From positions 1 through 64,000 of IMG/VR virus record IMGVR_UViG_3300033143_001281: a DNA stretch of 64,000 nt; one strand, 5' to 3'. Within the stretch, counting starts at the first letter, position 1. Each line of letters opens with the position of its first letter. A program made the position numbers and the translations under genes. Of this stretch, positions 16,227 to 27,240 are shown piece after piece. The notes beneath the pieces are model-generated. The model did no database searches and was not told where the DNA came from. It saw only the letters and a list, made by a program, of their open reading frames with translations. The stretch comes from a virus.

Positions 16227-18974
16227 ATGAGAGTATTAAATGCAATGCAAATGAAAAATGGTGCTACTGCTGAAAGTGGACCAACTTTTTCTAGCTTAAC
16301 ACAGCCGGTACAATTTTTACCTTATTCTAAAAAAACTGATGATTGGGCTGCATGGAATCTTGATTGGTTAGAACTACAAGGAATAGAGTTCTTACGTATG
16401 AATTCTAGAAGACTTCTTAAAAATTATAAATTAGCAAAAGGTATAATTGATAAAACAGATTATATTGTTGAACCAGATAATGAGTATAAAGAGTTGATGG
16501 ATGTATTAACTCAAGAAAATGATTCAGCTTTAGAATTAAAATTTTATCCAATTGTCCCTAATGTAATTAATGTTCTTACTGGTGAATTTGCTAAAAGATA
16601 TACTAAAGTACAATTTAGAGCCGTAGATGATACATCTTATAATGAGATGTTAGAACAAAAAAGAATTCAAGTTGAAGAAGCATTGTTAGCAGATGCAGAA
16701 TCAAAGTTAGTTCAGAAAATGGTGATGATGGGAATGGACCCTTCATCAGAAGAAGCAAAACAAAGTTTATCTCCACAGGGTCTTAAGTCATTACCAGAAA
16801 TAGAAGACTTTTTTAGCAAGTCTTACAGAAGCATGGTTGAAGAATGGGCATCTCATCAACTAAATGTAGATGAAGAAAGATTCAAAATGCAAGAGCTTGA
16901 AGAGAGAGGCTTTAGAGATATGTTAATTGCAGATAGAGAATTTTGGCATTTCCGTATGTTAGAAGATGACTATGATGTAGAATTATGGAATCCAATTTTA
17001 ACTTTCTATCAAAAATCTCCTGATCAAAGATATATTGCTGATTCAAATTATTGTGGTAAGGTTGATTTAATGACTGTTGCAGATGTTGTTGATAGATATG
17101 GATATTTAATGGATGAGAAACAACTTAAATCATTACAAAAAATATATCCTGCACGTTCTGCACAATATCAAGTAAATGGTTATCAAAATGATGGTGCATA
17201 TTATGATGCTACCAGATCTCATGAGTGGAATACTCAGATGCCAGGTTTAGCATATAGACAATTCACATCTAATTATTGGGATGACCCCGCAAGAGGTGGA
17301 GATATATTAAGTCAGATATTAGATGAAGGTGAAGATGTACAGATGTGGGGAGAAGGAAATCTTATGCGTGTATCTACAATATATTGGAAGACACAAAGAA
17401 GAATAGGTCACCTAACTAAAATAGAAAAAGACGGTGATATTACACAAGAAATAGTAGATGAAACATTTAAACTTACTAAGAAAGGTGTATATGATACTTC
17501 TATATTCAAACAAAAAAGAAAAGATAATTTAATAGAAGGTGAACATATAGATTGGATATGGATTAATGAAGTTTGGGGTGGTGTTAAAATTGGTCCAAAT
17601 TTACCAGCTATGTGGAGATCTACTATGGGTGATAATATTAATCCAATATATTTAGGTATTAATAGAACCAAACCTGGTAGACTTCCTTTCCAATTTAAAG
17701 GTAATAATTCACTTTATGGGTGTAAGCTACCAGTTGAAGGTAGAGTTTTTTCAGATAGAAATACTAGATCTACATCTTTAGTAGATTTAATGAAAGCGTA
17801 TCAAGTTGGATACAATATGGTTAATAACCAAATTGCTGACATTCTAATAGATGAATTAGGAACAGTAATAATGTTTGATCAAAATGCTTTACCACGTCAC
17901 TCAATGGGTGAGGATTGGGGTAAGAATAATTATGCAAAAGCATACGTAGCAATGAAGGATTTCCAAATGCTACCACTTGATACATCTATTACAAATACTG
18001 AGAATGCCACTAACTTTAATCATTATCAAACTCTTAACATGGAGCAGACTAATAGATTAATGTCTAGGATTCAACTTGCTAATTATTTTAAACAACAGTG
18101 TTTTGATGCAATTGGTATTAATCCTCAACGTTTAGGAGGTGCTGTTTCAGCTCAAACAGCTACAGGTGTTGTTCAAGCTATGCAACAATCATATGCACAA
18201 ACAGAAATGTATTTTGTACAACATTCAGATCATTTAATGCCACGTGTACATCAGATGAGAACAGACTTAGCTCAATATTATTATAGTACAAATCCAAGTT
18301 TAAGATTATCTTATATATCTACAGAAGCAGAAAAAGTAAACTTTACAATTAATGGTACTGATTTATTGTTACGTGATTTTAATGTATTTGCAACAACCAA
18401 AACAAATCATAGAGCTATATTAGAGAATCTAAAACAAATGGCTTTAACAAATAATACTACAGGAGCAAGTATTTATGAATTAGGAAATATAGTTAAAGCA
18501 GATTCTATTGCAGAAGTAACAGATATATTAAAAGATTCTGAGAAAAGACAGCAGGCAATGCGTGAGCAAGAAATGCAACAACAACGTCAGTTGCAAGAAC
18601 AGCAGATACAAGCTAAGGCTCAAGAAGAACAACAAAAACTTCAAGTGGAGATTTCTGAAAATGAAAAAGATAGACAGAATAATATCACACTAGCAGAAAT
18701 TAGATCTGCTGGATATGGGTCTATGGTTGATTTAAATCAAAATCAAGTGTCTGATTACCAAGATGCTATGAAAGATATTAGAGAAACAACTCAGTATCAA
18801 CAGCAAATGGATATGAAGCGTCAAGAAAGCACTATGAAACAAAGCATGGAATCTGAAAGATTAAATGTTGAAAGAGAAAAGATAAATGCCCAAAAAGAGA
18901 TAGCTAATACAAAACTTCAAATAGCTAGAGAAAACAAAAATAAGTATGATCAAAAGGATTCTGAGAAAGAATAA
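16227..18974 (+). CDS. portal protein (crAss-like)
   Basis: Follows TerL; YPIVPNVINVLTGE, WINEVW.G.KIG, SLVDLMK.YQ, IGINPQRLG and a long C-terminal coiled coil. Confidence 0.88.
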   Translation: MRVLNAMQMKNGATAESGPTFSSLTQPVQFLPYSKKTDDWAAWNLDWLELQGIEFLRMNSRRLLKNYKLAKGIIDKTDYIVEPDNEYKELMDVLTQENDSALELKFYPIVPNVINVLTGEFAKRYTKVQFRAVDDTSYNEMLEQKRIQVEEALLADAESKLVQKMVMMGMDPSSEEAKQSLSPQGLKSLPEIEDFFSKSYRSMVEEWASHQLNVDEERFKMQELEERGFRDMLIADREFWHFRMLEDDYDVELWNPILTFYQKSPDQRYIADSNYCGKVDLMTVADVVDRYGYLMDEKQLKSLQKIYPARSAQYQVNGYQNDGAYYDATRSHEWNTQMPGLAYRQFTSNYWDDPARGGDILSQILDEGEDVQMWGEGNLMRVSTIYWKTQRRIGHLTKIEKDGDITQEIVDETFKLTKKGVYDTSIFKQKRKDNLIEGEHIDWIWINEVWGGVKIGPNLPAMWRSTMGDNINPIYLGINRTKPGRLPFQFKGNNSLYGCKLPVEGRVFSDRNTRSTSLVDLMKAYQVGYNMVNNQIADILIDELGTVIMFDQNALPRHSMGEDWGKNNYAKAYVAMKDFQMLPLDTSITNTENATNFNHYQTLNMEQTNRLMSRIQLANYFKQQCFDAIGINPQRLGGAVSAQTATGVVQAMQQSYAQTEMYFVQHSDHLMPRVHQMRTDLAQYYYSTNPSLRLSYISTEAEKVNFTINGTDLLLRDFNVFATTKTNHRAILENLKQMALTNNTTGASIYELGNIVKADSIAEVTDILKDSEKRQQAMREQEMQQQRQLQEQQIQAKAQEEQQKLQVEISENEKDRQNNITLAEIRSAGYGSMVDLNQNQVSDYQDAMKDIRETTQYQQQMDMKRQESTMKQSMESERLNVEREKINAQKEIANTKLQIARENKNKYDQKDSEKE

Positions 18975-19047
18975 CTGGTGTTAGCTATATACTGCAATTT
19001 ATTTTTAATTTTCATCAAATATTATAAGTTTATAATATAAAGTTTAC

Positions 19048-19062
19048 GTATATTATATATGT
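19048..19062 (+). promoter_or_regulatory. putative phage late promoter motif
   Basis: GTATATTATATATGT; related copies at 7304, 20408, 24189, 25850, 35182, 39422, 49301, 55869. Confidence 0.45.
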
Positions 19063-19095
19063 AACAAGTATTAATTATTTAAAACCAACATAATT

Positions 19096-20403
19096 ATGGC
19101 AACTGAAACACAAACTGTGAATAGTAAAGTAGAACAAGTAGATATTAATTTAGATGAAATATTTAACGCTGCACCTAGTGGCGCTGATATGATTCAAGAT
19201 GATAAGAAGCAGAAAAATATTTTTTCTGGAAGTTCTGCTAAAGCAGACTTTAGTTTTGCAGATCCTGATAAAGATGAAAAGGATGACCTAAATGCTAAAG
19301 TTGAAGCTAAAGAAGAAAATACTGAAAATGAAACAGAGGTAACAAATACCCCTGAAAATGAAACAGAGGTAAAAGAAACTGAAACAAAGGTAGATGATAT
19401 TATTGATTCTTTAAATGAAGTTGAAGAGGAAGATGATAAAACAGATGCACCAAAAAGAGGTAGAAAATCTATTTCTGGTATATCAGATGTTTTTAACAAA
19501 TTAATTAAAGATGATAAAATTGTTCCTTTTGATGATGATAAAGCATTAGAAGATTATACTGCTAAAGATTGGGAAGAATTAATTCAAGCTAATTTAGAAG
19601 AAAAAGCTAATCAAGTTAGAAGAGAAACCCCTAAACAGTTTTTTCAGTCTTTACCAGAAGAATTACAAATTGCTGCAAAGTATGTAGCGGATGGTGGTAA
19701 AGATTTAAAAGGTTTATTTTCTACATTATCACAGGTAGAAACCCATAAAAGTTTAGATGTAAAGAATGCTTCTGATCAAGAAAGAATCATTACAGAATAT
19801 TTATCTGCAACTGGCTATGGTACTACAGAAGAAATTGCTGAAGAAATAGAAATTTGGAAAGACTTAGGAAAGTTAGAACAACAAGCAAACAAGTTCAAAC
19901 CTAAGTTAGATAAGATGCAGGAAAAAGTTGTTGCTCAAAAATTAAAAGAACAAGAGTTAAAGAAAGCACAACAAGAGCAAGCATCAAAGGCATATATGAA
20001 AAATGTATATGATACATTAAAAGAAGGAAAATTAGGAGATATCAAAGTTGATAGAAAGACACAGGCTATGTTATATAATGGGTTAGTACAACCTAATTAT
20101 CCTTCAGTAAGTGGACGTAACACAAATTTACTAGGTCACTTACTAGAAAAATATCAATTTGTTGAACCAAACTACGGATTAATATCTGAGGCATTATGGT
20201 TATTGCAAGATCCAGAAGGATATAAAGCAAAAATTATGGATAAAGGTGCACAGAAAAGTGTAGAAAAAACAGTTAGAAAATTGAAGACTGAGCAATCAAA
20301 TGCAGGAGGAGCATCATTGGGTGTTAATAGAGCGGAAGCAGAAAGCAAAAGATCTTCAAAAAGAAAACTAAGTAGACCAACAAATATTTTTAAACGAATT
20401 TAA
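19096..20403 (+). CDS. acidic scaffold-like capsid assembly protein
   Basis: Between portal and MCP; very acidic N-half, coiled-coil C-half. Confidence 0.7.
   Translation: MATETQTVNSKVEQVDINLDEIFNAAPSGADMIQDDKKQKNIFSGSSAKADFSFADPDKDEKDDLNAKVEAKEENTENETEVTNTPENETEVKETETKVDDIIDSLNEVEEEDDKTDAPKRGRKSISGISDVFNKLIKDDKIVPFDDDKALEDYTAKDWEELIQANLEEKANQVRRETPKQFFQSLPEELQIAAKYVADGGKDLKGLFSTLSQVETHKSLDVKNASDQERIITEYLSATGYGTTEEIAEEIEIWKDLGKLEQQANKFKPKLDKMQEKVVAQKLKEQELKKAQQEQASKAYMKNVYDTLKEGKLGDIKVDRKTQAMLYNGLVQPNYPSVSGRNTNLLGHLLEKYQFVEPNYGLISEALWLLQDPEGYKAKIMDKGAQKSVEKTVRKLKTEQSNAGGASLGVNRAEAESKRSSKRKLSRPTNIFKRI
19321..19380 (+). repeat. 30-nt tandem duplication in scaffold gene
   Basis: CTGAAAATGAAACAGAGGTAA occurs twice 30 nt apart (TENETEV/PENETEV). 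Confidence 0.8.
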
Positions 20404-20465
20404 TTAAGTAAATTAAATATATAGTAACTAAAAACAATTATTAACAATTAAAACAATCAAAAATT

Positions 20466-22041
20466 ATGGCAACTCCAGTTTTAAATAATGGGATTTTCCT
20501 AAGAGATACAAGCTATAAAGCTAGTTCTCATGTTGATTCGTATCACCTTACCCAAATGCTTGGTAATCCTGAGCCTATGGATATGGGACCAATTGATCTT
20601 TGGGCTATGACCCAAAAGGTAGAAATGCCTTTGTATCAAATGGCTTCTTTTGGTATGGCAAACTCCTATTGCACAAGACCTTCCTTACATTGTAGCTGAC
20701 ATTGAACCTGCTAACGCTAGCAAAGGTATTGATGGAACTACTTTTAAGATTAAGGTTAACAAGAGATCATTTGGTCATGGTGATATTATCACATATGACA
20801 AGTATAATGGTCTTGAATTATACATTACTGCGGATGATATTATCCCTGCAGGTGATGGTTTTGTTTATACAGTACAGTTGGTAAACAACAATAATAGTGC
20901 TGTATTAGACAACAAGTATCTTGCAAAAGGAACTAAATTCTTTAGAAAAGGTTCTGCAAGAGGTGAGTATGGTGAAAGATTTTCTGACATTGAAACAGGA
21001 TCTGGATTCCGTGAATTCTACAACTTTGTAGGAGGAGCTGAAGCACACGTACACTATTCTATTTCTAGCCGTGCTGATCTTATGATCAAAGGTGGTTTGA
21101 ATGCTGATGGTACTGTACCAGTAACTGAGATTTGGAGAAACTTTGATACTGACCCAAATAATCCATCTGTACCTAGTATTGAAGGATTAGTAGCATCTAT
21201 GGGTAAAGCTGGTGCAAGAGAAGCATTTGAAAATGGAACTCTTACACGTACTTTCATTACAAATATGGAAGCAGCACATTTATCTAAAATTGCTACAGAT
21301 ATTGAAACTTACCTCATGTGGGGGAAAGGTGGTAGAATTAAGCAAGACGGTCCAGATGATATTAGATTATCTGTTGGTTTATGGTCTCAGTTGGATAACT
21401 CATTTAAAAGAGTATACAACAAGTCATCATTTACACTTGACATGTTTAAATCTGAGCTTTACAACTTCTACCAAGGAAAAGTTGAATTCAAAGGACCAGA
21501 CCCACAAAGATCACTTGTTGTACAAACAGGTATTGGTGGTATGCAACTTATCAACAAAGCAATTGCTGATGAAGTATATGGTTCTGGTTTAGTTCAAAAT
21601 GCTACTGATGTTGGAGCTGTAACAGGTAAAGGCATGGATTTAGATTATGGTTTTGCTTACACAAGCTTTACTATTCCTTTCTTAGCTAACGTTAAGTTTG
21701 TATTGAATCCGGCATTTGATAACTTAAATACTAATGACATTGAGAATCCATTAATTGATGGAAGACCTCTAAGTTCATTTAGTTTTATCATCTTTGATGT
21801 AACTGATGAAGGTAATGACAACATTCACTTGTTGAAACTTTCTTGGGATAATCAACTTAAGTGGTTCTACCAAAATGGTACTATGGACTACATGGGAAGA
21901 ACTCAAGGATTTGCATCTACTGGACAGTTCAATGGATATAGAGTTTATATGACTCAAACCATGCCAGCTATATGGGTTAAAGATCCGACTAAAGTTCTAA
22001 AAATTGTAATGAGAAACCCTGTAACAGGAGGATCATTCTAA
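20466..22041 (+). CDS. major capsid protein, split by a +1 frame disruption at ~20655
   Basis: ORF 20466 (MATPVLNNG...YQMASFG) continues logically as WQTPIAQDLP... in the +1 frame; E.YLMWG, GLWSQL and VKDPTK crAss-like MCP motifs; strong terminator follows. Confidence 0.85.
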
Positions 22042-22053
22042 GAACAATAATTA

Positions 22054-22090
22054 AAGGGGAGGTGGGTTAAACCTCCTCCCTTTTTATTTT
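22054..22090 (+). terminator. intrinsic terminator after MCP
   Basis: GGGAGGTGG...CCTCCTCCC followed by TTTTTATTTT. Confidence 0.8.
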
Positions 22091-22112
22091 TAACCTTTTA
22101 AAATATACTATC

Positions 22113-22310
22113 ATGGCACTAGATATTAAAAGACAAAACAAAACATATGAATTTTCAAATTCAAGTGTTTCTAAAATACTTGCTTCTAAAGCAGTTGGTA
22201 CGGATATCTTAGCAAGAGACCATGCAGATGATGCAGCAGCAAAAGCTGCAGGTTTAGCAAAAGGTGATTTATATCACACAGCTGGAGCTTTGAAGATAGT
22301 TGTTAGTTAA
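22113..22310 (+). CDS. small virion/decoration-like protein
   Basis: HADDAAAKAAGLAKGDLYHT.G.LKIV motif recalled from phage fibre C-termini. Confidence 0.65.
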   Translation: MALDIKRQNKTYEFSNSSVSKILASKAVGTDILARDHADDAAAKAAGLAKGDLYHTAGALKIVVS

Positions 22311-22323
22311 AGTCAAAAACTAT

Positions 22324-22345
22324 AGCAAGGGTAATACCTTGCTTT
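22324..22345 (+). terminator. stem-loop
   Basis: AGCAAGG-GTAATA-CCTTGCT-TT. Confidence 0.5.
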
Positions 22346-22427
22346 AGAAATATTAGTAATAATAGAATGTACACTATGGTGTATTATTTGACGCAAGTAA
22401 TAATTATTAATTTTTAAAAACCACAAA

Positions 22428-23447
22428 ATGGAAGATTACACAATTGTTGAAAAGTATCAACACACAAAAAAGAATAGCACAATTGCTATTCGTCCTTATT
22501 TTAATCCAAGCAAAGAAAATATGGGTTTAGAAGCATATGGGCTATCATTACATGATGGTGTATGGCATCAAGAAAGTTTAGCTTGTTTAGAAATGAATGG
22601 AGTTAAGAGATACGTTACAGGTCTTAATGAGTTTGCTCCTGAAGTTAAAATGCTTGACCCTAAAAAGAAAAAAGAAAAAATTGCAGAAATTAGAAAAGTA
22701 GTTTCTGAATTAGAAGCAGAGTTAGCTGCTAATGTAGTTGATCCTGAAGATAAAGATTTTTGGAATAAACTTACAGTTATGAAACCTGATAACTCAAAGT
22801 TTTGGGATAAGATTGAAATTAGATGTGGTAATGATCCGGTGTTTTTAGAACCTGATACTGATCCGTATGATAAAATAAAATTATATGCTATTAAAGCTGG
22901 AGGTTTTTCTATTGTTGCTAAATCATTAGCTGAAGCTAAAAGATCTCAGAAAGAACCTAAATTTTATTTAGATACAGTTAAAGAAACTCTTACAACAAGA
23001 ACAGAGTTAACTAAAATTAAAAATAAAGCATTATCTAACTTGCAAAAACTTTATGATAGTAATGCAACTAAATTGATGTATGTTTCAAAAGTAGTTGATG
23101 TAGATAGTGTACAATATACTAAGAACACACCTAATGATATTATGTATGAAAATATGGATACATATATAACAGGTAATGGTGCAGAGAGCAACAAGAAAAG
23201 AGCAGCATCACAGTTTTTAGAAGTATCTGAATTAGATATGGAAGAATTAAAATTAAGAGCATTAATAAAAGATGCCTTATATTATAGATTTCTATTAACT
23301 AAAGCAGGTGGTTGGATAGAGCCAATGGATAGTGGTGTTAGGTTAGGTAAAAGACCACATGAATGTTTGGAATTTTTAAAAGATCCAAATAATGAAGAAA
23401 CATTATTATCATTATTGGATAAAGTAGAACCATACTGGAATTCATAA
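22428..23447 (+). CDS. conserved crAss-like protein following MCP
   Basis: 339-aa ORF in the syntenic position after MCP. Confidence 0.7.
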   Translation: MEDYTIVEKYQHTKKNSTIAIRPYFNPSKENMGLEAYGLSLHDGVWHQESLACLEMNGVKRYVTGLNEFAPEVKMLDPKKKKEKIAEIRKVVSELEAELAANVVDPEDKDFWNKLTVMKPDNSKFWDKIEIRCGNDPVFLEPDTDPYDKIKLYAIKAGGFSIVAKSLAEAKRSQKEPKFYLDTVKETLTTRTELTKIKNKALSNLQKLYDSNATKLMYVSKVVDVDSVQYTKNTPNDIMYENMDTYITGNGAESNKKRAASQFLEVSELDMEELKLRALIKDALYYRFLLTKAGGWIEPMDSGVRLGKRPHECLEFLKDPNNEETLLSLLDKVEPYWNS

Positions 23448-23457
23448 TATATAAAAA

Positions 23458-24162
23458 ATGGAAAATAGTACACTCTTAATTAAGATAAAACAAAGGCTCA
23501 ATAAGCTTGATAGCAATGACTATGATAACATTGAGTGTTGGCAATTTATAGAAGCCTTTAATAAAGCACAAATTGAGTGGTGTAGAAGAAATCTTCATGG
23601 TGGAAATATGTATAAGGAAGGGGATGAGCTATCTAAAAAAAGGATAGATGATCTCCAACCTTTACTTATTGAATTATCATTAACAGGAACTGTTACAGAA
23701 ACTTATTTTGAAACTAATAATTTTCCAGTAGATGAATATTTAGAATATAAACGTGTAACAACACAGGCAAAAGATGATTGTTGTACACCTAGATCTATGA
23801 CTGTTTATTTAGCTGAGGAAGCTAATGTGCCTCTTTTATTAAGAGATCCATTAAAAAATCCAAGTTTTGAATGGGGTGAAACTTTTTGTACTATGTTAAA
23901 TAATACAATAAGAATATATAAAAATGAAAATTTTGATATTGTGAATCCTATATTAACATATTATAGAAAACCAACTTTAATACAAATACCAGATTGTGTA
24001 GATCCATATACTGGGCAAGTAAGTACAGTAAATGTAAATTGTGAATTCAAAGATGATTTAGTAGAAGTTATACTTGATGATACAGCAGCATTAATAGCTG
24101 GTGATATAGAAAATATGTATCAGCAGCAAAGAGGTACACAATCTGCAGAAAGGAATAATTAA
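23458..24162 (+). CDS. neck/ring structural protein (crAss-like)
   Basis: LNKLDSN, FNKAQ.EW, E..KKRIDDLQ.L, YYRKP, CEF motifs. Confidence 0.7.
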   Translation: MENSTLLIKIKQRLNKLDSNDYDNIECWQFIEAFNKAQIEWCRRNLHGGNMYKEGDELSKKRIDDLQPLLIELSLTGTVTETYFETNNFPVDEYLEYKRVTTQAKDDCCTPRSMTVYLAEEANVPLLLRDPLKNPSFEWGETFCTMLNNTIRIYKNENFDIVNPILTYYRKPTLIQIPDCVDPYTGQVSTVNVNCEFKDDLVEVILDDTAALIAGDIENMYQQQRGTQSAERNN

Positions 24163-24290
24163 TGTATTGTTTTTTTAACTAAAAATGATTATATTATTAT
24201 AGTAACAATGAAGTTACGAACAGAGTAAACTGTTAAAATCTTTATTTATAACCAGTGAGGGTAATGGTCCTCACACAAATTTTATTTATT

Positions 24291-25772
24291 ATGGCTTATT
24301 TTAATAATGCGTTTAACAAGACGTTTGTTGTGTCTTCAGTAGATACTGCTGGTGGAACATCAACAAGCGCACTTACCGCAGGACAATTAGGTTTAGTAGA
24401 TGGAGCTGACTGGCAAACTGTAGCAGTTGCTGGTGGTGGTGCCGTTCCGGCTATCACTGCTGGAGAGCTTGCTTATGTTGTTGAAGGAGCTTTTTATTCT
24501 AAAGACACAATTGGTAACAATCCTGGACACGGTGGGTACAAAGAGTCTGTAAAATCTAAAGGAATTAATCCAAGATATATTACAAGATTATGGGCTGCTA
24601 ACTGTCTTAGTGCATCTCAAGCAACAGCAAGCTTATCATTAGGTTCTGACTGTGCTCCATGTGGTAAAACACAATTTATGAGAATTGATGTAAAAGGTTC
24701 TCCAGCACTAAGATTTTTAAATCACAATGCATATGCTATTGGTGATTCTGCAAATGTATGTTGTGTAGAAGGTCAAGAATACATTGATCCTACATTAATT
24801 GTTGGTGCAATGGCACAAATGGTTTTAGCTGACCCGCTAATCAAGCCGTTTGTAGCAGAAGCTGATTTAAATGGTGTAGCAACTGCATCATTATCTGCTG
24901 GTGGAACAGGTTATGCTCTTGCTTCAGGTGTTGCAACTACTGGTGGATCAGGATCAGGTGCTAAAGTGAACATTGATTCTCTTGGTGCTTCTGATGCTGT
25001 AGCAACATTTTCAATTGCTGATGTAGGTAGTGGTTATGCTGCTGCAGATGTATTAACTATTACTGGTGGCGGTGGAAATGCAACATTTATTGTTGATACA
25101 GTTACTGAAGGTGGTGTTATTGTAAGTGTTACTGATGCAGCTGGTGAAGTTGTACAATCAGTTTATTCAATTGCAGAAACACAAGATGGTACATACACTC
25201 CTTCTACAACTCCAAACACATCAGGAGCTAAAGTTTCTGCTGAAGTTAAATTTGTAGGTGCATATGTTGATACTGTTTTTGGTAATTGTTCATTTAGAAC
25301 TACTGATCACTTTAATGCAGAGCCTGTTGAAATCATTGTATCTTTACTTGATGAGACTGGTAATCCTTGTAATGATTGTGGTGTAGCTTCATCTACTCCA
25401 GGTTCAATGCAACAAACTCAAGGTGAAGAAGTACTTAGAGAATTAATTTTATCTGAAAGATACCGTCAGAGTCCTTTTAATCAAGGTAATGCTGATAGTT
25501 CAAGAATCAGAGAAATTGAAATGTCTTCTGAAATCCTTGCTGCTGTAGATAGAACAGCTACATATAGAGCTTATTACATCCAACATTCTGTACCAAGATT
25601 CAACAATCCTTCTGGAGTGTTTGATAATGATCAGTATGTTTACAAAATTTATGTAAAATGTGATGATGCTGCTGGACAAGCTGCAGTTATTGATCTTATG
25701 GAAGCTTTAGAAGCTTGGGCAGGTGATAACGGAAACAAAATTGTATTTGAAGATACTAACGTATACTGGTAA
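24291..25772 (+). CDS. structural protein (auxiliary capsid-like) with Gly-rich insertion
   Basis: Start at ATG 24291 after an AT-rich leader; GGTGY...TTGGSGSGA / GSGY...TITGGGG insert; followed by a terminator. Confidence 0.65.
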   Translation: MAYFNNAFNKTFVVSSVDTAGGTSTSALTAGQLGLVDGADWQTVAVAGGGAVPAITAGELAYVVEGAFYSKDTIGNNPGHGGYKESVKSKGINPRYITRLWAANCLSASQATASLSLGSDCAPCGKTQFMRIDVKGSPALRFLNHNAYAIGDSANVCCVEGQEYIDPTLIVGAMAQMVLADPLIKPFVAEADLNGVATASLSAGGTGYALASGVATTGGSGSGAKVNIDSLGASDAVATFSIADVGSGYAAADVLTITGGGGNATFIVDTVTEGGVIVSVTDAAGEVVQSVYSIAETQDGTYTPSTTPNTSGAKVSAEVKFVGAYVDTVFGNCSFRTTDHFNAEPVEIIVSLLDETGNPCNDCGVASSTPGSMQQTQGEEVLRELILSERYRQSPFNQGNADSSRIREIEMSSEILAAVDRTATYRAYYIQHSVPRFNNPSGVFDNDQYVYKIYVKCDDAAGQAAVIDLMEALEAWAGDNGNKIVFEDTNVYW

Positions 25773-25796
25773 TACATATTAATGTTTAAATTAATT

Positions 25797-25830
25797 AGAG
25801 CAGGGGGAAATCTCCTGCTCTTTTTATTTT
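25797..25830 (+). terminator. intrinsic terminator
   Basis: AGAGCAGGGG-GAAAT-CTCCTGCTCT-TTTT. Confidence 0.85.
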
Positions 25831-25885
25831 ATATATTCTTGTTTTTTTTGTATATTATCTATATAGTGTATTAAAGTAACAAAAA

Positions 25886-26461
25886 ATGGCAAGCAGACAT
25901 ATATTAAGTTTAGAAATTCCCACAGTATCTAACTGTGATTTATTGTGTATAAAAGACACTAGTCAATATTCTAAAGAATTGGCTGTTGATTGTGAAGAAT
26001 TGTTGATAACCTTACCTGGTTATTCGGTACCTGTTTTAATAAAAGTTGATAAAGATTTTGATATGTGCTTAACTGCATGTACTCTTTCTTTACAAAAAGA
26101 AGACTGTGGAACTAAACAATCACAAATTCCTGATGGTATTTACATTATAAAATATAGTGTATCACCTAACTCTAAAGTGTATGTTGAATATAATCATTTA
26201 AGAGTAACTAAATTACTAACTACTTATTATGAAGTATTGTGTGATTTAGATGTGCAAGCATGTCAGCCAGATTCTGATAAACAGGAATTATTATCAGAAA
26301 TGTATTATATAAGAACTATAATTGATGCGGCAGTATCTAATGTTGAATATTGCCAATCATCTGCACAAGGTATGCAGTTATATAATTATGCAAAACAAAT
26401 GTTAAACAAGATATCTTGTCCATCAGGCAACTGTGGATCAAGCTCAAAATATTTAATATAA
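25886..26461 (+). CDS. Cys-rich structural protein
   Basis: IPDGIY.IKYSV Ig-like motif, many Cys. Confidence 0.65.
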   Translation: MASRHILSLEIPTVSNCDLLCIKDTSQYSKELAVDCEELLITLPGYSVPVLIKVDKDFDMCLTACTLSLQKEDCGTKQSQIPDGIYIIKYSVSPNSKVYVEYNHLRVTKLLTTYYEVLCDLDVQACQPDSDKQELLSEMYYIRTIIDAAVSNVEYCQSSAQGMQLYNYAKQMLNKISCPSGNCGSSSKYLI

Positions 26462-26473
26462 ACCAACAATAGA

Positions 26474-26656
26474 ATGGCAAATTGTACCAAATGTAATAAA
26501 GTATTTACTTGTGGATGTCAAAAAGCTAGATCAAGTACAGGTGAACTTGTTTGTAAACCATGTGCAGCTAAAGAAAGAGCTGAAATGGATTTATCATCAA
26601 GAGATTTATCTTTAGAGTTAGCTAAACAACAAATACAAGATTTAAGAAATAAGTAA
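26474..26656 (+). CDS. small Cys-rich zinc-binding protein
   Basis: CTKC...CGC...VCKPC. Confidence 0.65.
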   Translation: MANCTKCNKVFTCGCQKARSSTGELVCKPCAAKERAEMDLSSRDLSLELAKQQIQDLRNK

Positions 26657-26663
26657 AAGAAAT

Positions 26664-27206
26664 ATGGCATCATCTATAGTAGCAACATCTAATACTGCTC
26701 AAGAAAAAGAATTGAGTCTTTTAAAGAGAATCAAGACTGAGCAGAATTTTGCAAAACAAGCTTATGCTAAGTTTCAATCTGCAAGGTTTGGAATTGCATC
26801 ATGTTGTTATACAGATTTTCAATCTGCTAATGTAAAAAAAGAATTATGTGATTGGCAAAATGCTGCTTCATCAAAAGTTGTTGTAGCATCAGGTGTATCA
26901 GGAGTATTTGTTGAACCATTGGCTTCAATAAATATTAAGGCAAGCCAATCATGTCCTCCTACACCAACCAACGTCTGTACAGTATTAGATTTAGCAGAAA
27001 TAATTGCTGATACTGGAACATATGTTTTCTGTCAAGATGCACCATTGGCTGTTTGGACTATTACTCATAACATGGGTAAATTTCCTTCAGTTACAGTTGT
27101 AGACAGCGGTAATAGTGTTGTTGTAGGAGATATAGATTATACTAATTCAAATGTATTAGTTATAACATTTGCAAGTCCATTTAATGGGTGTGCATATTTA
27201 AATTAA
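26664..27206 (+). CDS. structural protein with C-terminal fibre-associated domain
   Basis: WTITHNMGKFPSVTVVD...GDIDY...VITF..PF.G.AYLN. Confidence 0.7.
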   Translation: MASSIVATSNTAQEKELSLLKRIKTEQNFAKQAYAKFQSARFGIASCCYTDFQSANVKKELCDWQNAASSKVVVASGVSGVFVEPLASINIKASQSCPPTPTNVCTVLDLAEIIADTGTYVFCQDAPLAVWTITHNMGKFPSVTVVDSGNSVVVGDIDYTNSNVLVITFASPFNGCAYLN

Positions 27207-27240
27207 ATAAAGTAAAACAATAACAATAAATTAAATAATT

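Noticed and set aside
14026-22041. Introns or inteins in terL, portal or MCP
   Set aside because: No extra sequence, homing endonuclease or intein termini seen; the MCP break involves no insertion
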